Shown here one piece after another: positions 61,308 through 64,000 of a stretch of DNA of 64,000 nt (position 1 is its first letter; each line of letters starts with the position of its first letter). The notes below the pieces were generated by a model. That model saw only the letters and a list, made by a program, of their open reading frames with translations. It ran no database searches and was not told where the DNA came from. This stretch comes from Alphaproteobacteria bacterium (lineage in GTDB: Bacteria; Pseudomonadota; Alphaproteobacteria; JAEULC01), in NCBI GenBank assembly GCA_023150455.1, contig JAKLKW010000026.1, forward strand, positions 41,982 to 105,981, in the 5' to 3' direction. Both the position numbers and the translations under genes were made by a program.

Positions 61308-61529
61308 CTATGGCAGCACGCGCGCCGGCGGCGGTTGCGACACGATGACGAAATCGGGGAGCCGGTCGGCGCCAGCCGTCTGGAACCCGGGCGGGTCGTT
61401 CCGGCCGTGCAGAACATCGGGTCGCGTCAGCGATGTCAGCCATACCTGCTTCAGCGAGTCGAAGAGTGGCGCGCCGGGGGCGGCGGCGCCGTGCGAACCG
61501 GAAGTTTCATGATCGAGCTTGCCCATCAT
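61308..61529 (-). CDS. Small hypothetical protein (73 aa)
   Basis: GGAG followed by ATGATG; fills an otherwise empty 400-bp gap. Confidence 0.35.
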   Translation of the reverse strand: MMGKLDHETSGSHGAAAPGAPLFDSLKQVWLTSLTRPDVLHGRNDPPGFQTAGADRLPDFVIVSQPPPARVLP

Positions 61530-61657
61530 CGCAAGGTCTCCGTCCAGGAGGGATGGTCGTTGAGGCGATGGGTCGGGCGGGCGCACCGGTCATGGCCGCT
61601 GCGCCCGTCCGCTCAGGTCATGCGATCAGACCTTGTCGTTGCGCGTTGCTTCGCCCG

Positions 61658-62125
61658 TCAGGCGGCCTTGGCGTCGATGGTCTGCACCTTTGCCGCGGCC
61701 GGCTGGCTTGCGCCGATCTGGATCGTGCGCGGCTTCATCGCCTCGGGCACTTCGCGCACCAGATCGATGGTGAGCAGGCCGTTGGCCAGGCTGGCGCCCG
61801 TGACCTTCACGAAATCGGCCAGGCTGAAGCGGCGCTCGAACGCGCGGCCGGCGATGCCGCGATGCAGGAACTGCGCGCCTTCCGGCGCCGGGCGCGCCTT
61901 GCCGCCGACGATCAGCGTGTTCTCATGCTGCACCACGTTGAGGTCGCTTTCGGTCATGCCGGCGACCGCCATGGTGATGCGGTACGCGTTGTCGCCCGCA
62001 AGCTCGATGTTGTAGGGCGGATACCCGTCCGTCTCGGACGCGCGCAACGCGTCATCGAGCAGATCGGCGATCCGGTCGAAGCCGACGGTGGAACGGAAGA
62101 AGGGGGAGAAGTCGAAATGGGCCAT
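61658..62125 (-). CDS. ibpA: Small heat-shock protein (Hsp20/IbpA family)
   Basis: DFSP.FRSTVGFDR, YPPYNIE, LHRGIA.RAFERRF.LA, NGLL.IDL.RE.PEA.KPR.I. Confidence 0.95.
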   Translation of the reverse strand: MAHFDFSPFFRSTVGFDRIADLLDDALRASETDGYPPYNIELAGDNAYRITMAVAGMTESDLNVVQHENTLIVGGKARPAPEGAQFLHRGIAGRAFERRFSLADFVKVTGASLANGLLTIDLVREVPEAMKPRTIQIGASQPAAAKVQTIDAKAA

Positions 62126-62226
62126 TGCCATATCCTCCGGTTGAGCAACATGGTTGATCGGGCCCACCGCCGAGACGGCTGGGCCCAGCGTCCTGGCCGC
62201 GGCCCCGATCGGGCATCCGCAGCCGA
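62123..62226 (-). promoter_or_regulatory. ROSE-type RNA thermometer in the ibpA leader
   Basis: Minus strand: ccAUGUUGCUC-aaccg-GAGGAUAUGG, in which the UUGCU motif pairs with the AGGA SD; upstream GC hairpins. Confidence 0.8.
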
Positions 62227-62231
62227 GATCG

Positions 62232-62260
62232 AGGTAGGTAGCGCCGATCGGGCGTTCAAG
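62232..62260 (-). promoter_or_regulatory. RpoH (sigma32)-type promoter of ibpA
   Basis: Minus strand CTTGAA-N16-CCTACCT. Confidence 0.75.
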
Positions 62261-62290
62261 AGGGGCGGACGAATCGGTTAATATCGGCGC

Positions 62291-64000
62291 ATGAGCAAGA
62301 AGCCCGCCTTCCGCCACCTGTACCTGATCGACGGGTCCGGGTTCATCTTTCGTGCCTTCCATGCGCTGCCGCCCCTGACCCGGTCCGACGGCACGCCGAC
62401 CGGGGCCGTGCTCGGCTTCTGCAACATGCTGATGAAGCTCCTGGACGGCACGGACTGCGACGGCATCGCGGTGATCTTCGACGCGGCGCGCAAGACGTTC
62501 CGCAACGAGATCTACGCCGAATACAAGGCGAACCGCGAGGCGCCGCCGCCCGAGCTGGTGCCGCAGTTCGCCCTGGTGCGCCAGGCGACCCAGGCCTTCA
62601 ACGTGCCCGCGATCGAGATGGAGCGCTACGAGGCCGACGACCTGATCGCCACCTATGCACGGCTGGGAAAGGAGAACGGCGTCAAGGTCACGATCGTGTC
62701 CTCGGACAAGGACCTGATGCAGCTGGTCTGCGACGGGGTCGAGATGCTCGACCCCATCAAGAACAAGCCGATCGGCGAGGCCGAGGTACGCGAGAAGTTC
62801 GGCGTCGATCCCTGCAACGTCATCGACGTGCAGGCACTGGCGGGGGATTCGACCGACAACGTGCCCGGCGTGCCGGGCATCGGCGTCAAGACGGCCGCGC
62901 AGCTGATCACCGAGTACGGCGACCTCGAGACCCTGCTGAGGCGCGCCGGCGAGATCAAGCAGCCGAAGCGGCGCGAGACGCTGCTGGCCAATGCCGAAAA
63001 GGCGCGCATCAGCCGGCGGCTCGTGAAGCTGGACGACCATGTCCCCGACGCGCCCGACCTGTCCGAGCTCGAGCGCCGGCCGATCGACCGCGACCGGTTG
63101 CTGGCCTTCCTGTCCGAGAACCAGTTCCGCTCGCTGATCCAGCGGCTGCAGAACGGCCAGGGCAAGCCGACCCCGGCGGCCAAGCCGGAGCCGGCGGCGG
63201 GCGCCGACGGCGGGCGGCCCGAGGTGCCGTTGGCGGCAGCCCGGCCGCCGCAGGCAGTCATGGTGCCGGTGGACCGCTCGGCCTACGTGCTGGTGCAGGA
63301 CATCGGACAGCTGAACCGCTTCGTCGAGCGCGCGCGCGAGGAAGGCGTCGTGGCGGTGGACACCGAGACCACGTCGCTCGATCCGTTCCGGGCCGAGCTC
63401 GTGGGCATCTCGCTGGCGGTGGCGCCGAACGAGGCGTGCTACGTGCCGCTCGGCCATGTCGGCGCGGTCCGCCCGGGCGAGATGGACCTGGCCGCCGCCG
63501 GCGACAGGCCGAAGCAGCTGCCGATGCGCGACGCGCTGGCGGCGCTCAGACCGCTGCTCCTCGACCCGGGCGTGCTCAAGGTCGGGCACAACCTCAAATA
63601 CGACATCGAGGTGCTGGGCCGCCATGACGTGGCGTTGAGCCCGATCGACGACACGATGCTCGTGTCCTACGTGCTCGACGGCAGCCTGCACGGCCACGGC
63701 ATGGACGAGCTCTCCTCGCTGCATCTCGGCCATCAGACCATCAAGTTCACGGATGTCGCCGGCAGCGGGCGCGACCAGGTGACCTTCGACCGGGTGCCGC
63801 TCGACCGCGCGCGCGACTACGCCGCCGAGGACGCCGACGTCACCCTGCGCCTGCACCAGATCCTGAAGCCGCGGCTGGTAAGCGAACGGCTGGTGTCGGT
63901 CTACGAGACGATCGAGCGGCCGCTCGCCGCCGTCGTCGCCGAGATGGAGCGCGCCGGCGTGCTGGTCGATCGCACGGAGCTGGCACGGCTCAGCCGCGAC
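62291..64000 (+). CDS. polA: DNA polymerase I, 5' part (runs off the window; absent from the ORF track)
   Basis: Read directly from the sequence: LIDGSGFIFRAFHALP, EADDLIATY, SSDKDLMQL, LAGDSTDNVPGVPGIG.KTA, VDTETT, GHNLKYD, YAAEDAD. Confidence 0.97.
   Translation, partial: MSKKPAFRHLYLIDGSGFIFRAFHALPPLTRSDGTPTGAVLGFCNMLMKLLDGTDCDGIAVIFDAARKTFRNEIYAEYKANREAPPPELVPQFALVRQATQAFNVPAIEMERYEADDLIATYARLGKENGVKVTIVSSDKDLMQLVCDGVEMLDPIKNKPIGEAEVREKFGVDPCNVIDVQALAGDSTDNVPGVPGIGVKTAAQLITEYGDLETLLRRAGEIKQPKRRETLLANAEKARISRRLVKLDDHVPDAPDLSELERRPIDRDRLLAFLSENQFRSLIQRLQNGQGKPTPAAKPEPAAGADGGRPEVPLAAARPPQAVMVPVDRSAYVLVQDIGQLNRFVERAREEGVVAVDTETTSLDPFRAELVGISLAVAPNEACYVPLGHVGAVRPGEMDLAAAGDRPKQLPMRDALAALRPLLLDPGVLKVGHNLKYDIEVLGRHDVALSPIDDTMLVSYVLDGSLHGHGMDELSSLHLGHQTIKFTDVAGSGRDQVTFDRVPLDRARDYAAEDADVTLRLHQILKPRLVSERLVSVYETIERPLAAVVAEMERAGVLVDRTELARLSRD

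Noticed and set aside
61240-61650. Metal-sensing riboswitch (yybP-ykoY or M-box) upstream of the P-type ATPase
   Set aside because: No recognisable consensus; the gap is better explained by a small ORF and a hairpin downstream of ibpA
61658-63856. 732-aa minus-strand ORF ending in Hsp20
   Set aside because: The upstream part is the antisense of polA; ibpA has its own RpoH promoter, ROSE leader and SD

Overview
A 64 kb high-GC chromosomal segment of an alphaproteobacterium. Gene content and order suggest a Rhodospirillales-like organism (inference). Most of it is core genome: the 3' end of pepN, rplU-rpmA-obgE-proB-proA, an M3 oligopeptidase/ABC1 kinase pair, tRNA-Val(GAC), tRNA-Gly(GCC), pip, thermonuclease plus two M48 proteases, carD-fdxA-hslR-helicase, pcm, htpG, ibpA and the 5' part of polA. 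Non-coding elements readable from the sequence include an alpha-r8/MmgR-like sRNA, a ROSE thermometer, RpoH-type promoters and three families of solo palindromic repeats. The most notable accessory features are: (1) a bufferin-type MNIO (DUF692) RiPP operon whose fourth gene is a secreted DUF255/YyaL thioredoxin-domain protein instead of the usual DoxX; (2) a complete 1.8 kb IS1595-family element with an 8-bp target duplication, inserted in a palindrome that mimics its own ends and carrying an antisense two-gene cargo, the first gene being disrupted; (3) a small decayed islet bounded by tRNA-Gly and a degenerate copy of its 3' half; (4) a proA with two lesions; (5) a CarD with a long Lys/Ala-rich N-terminal extension. 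No CRISPR array, prophage or rRNA was seen. All family assignments come from motif recognition, not database searches.
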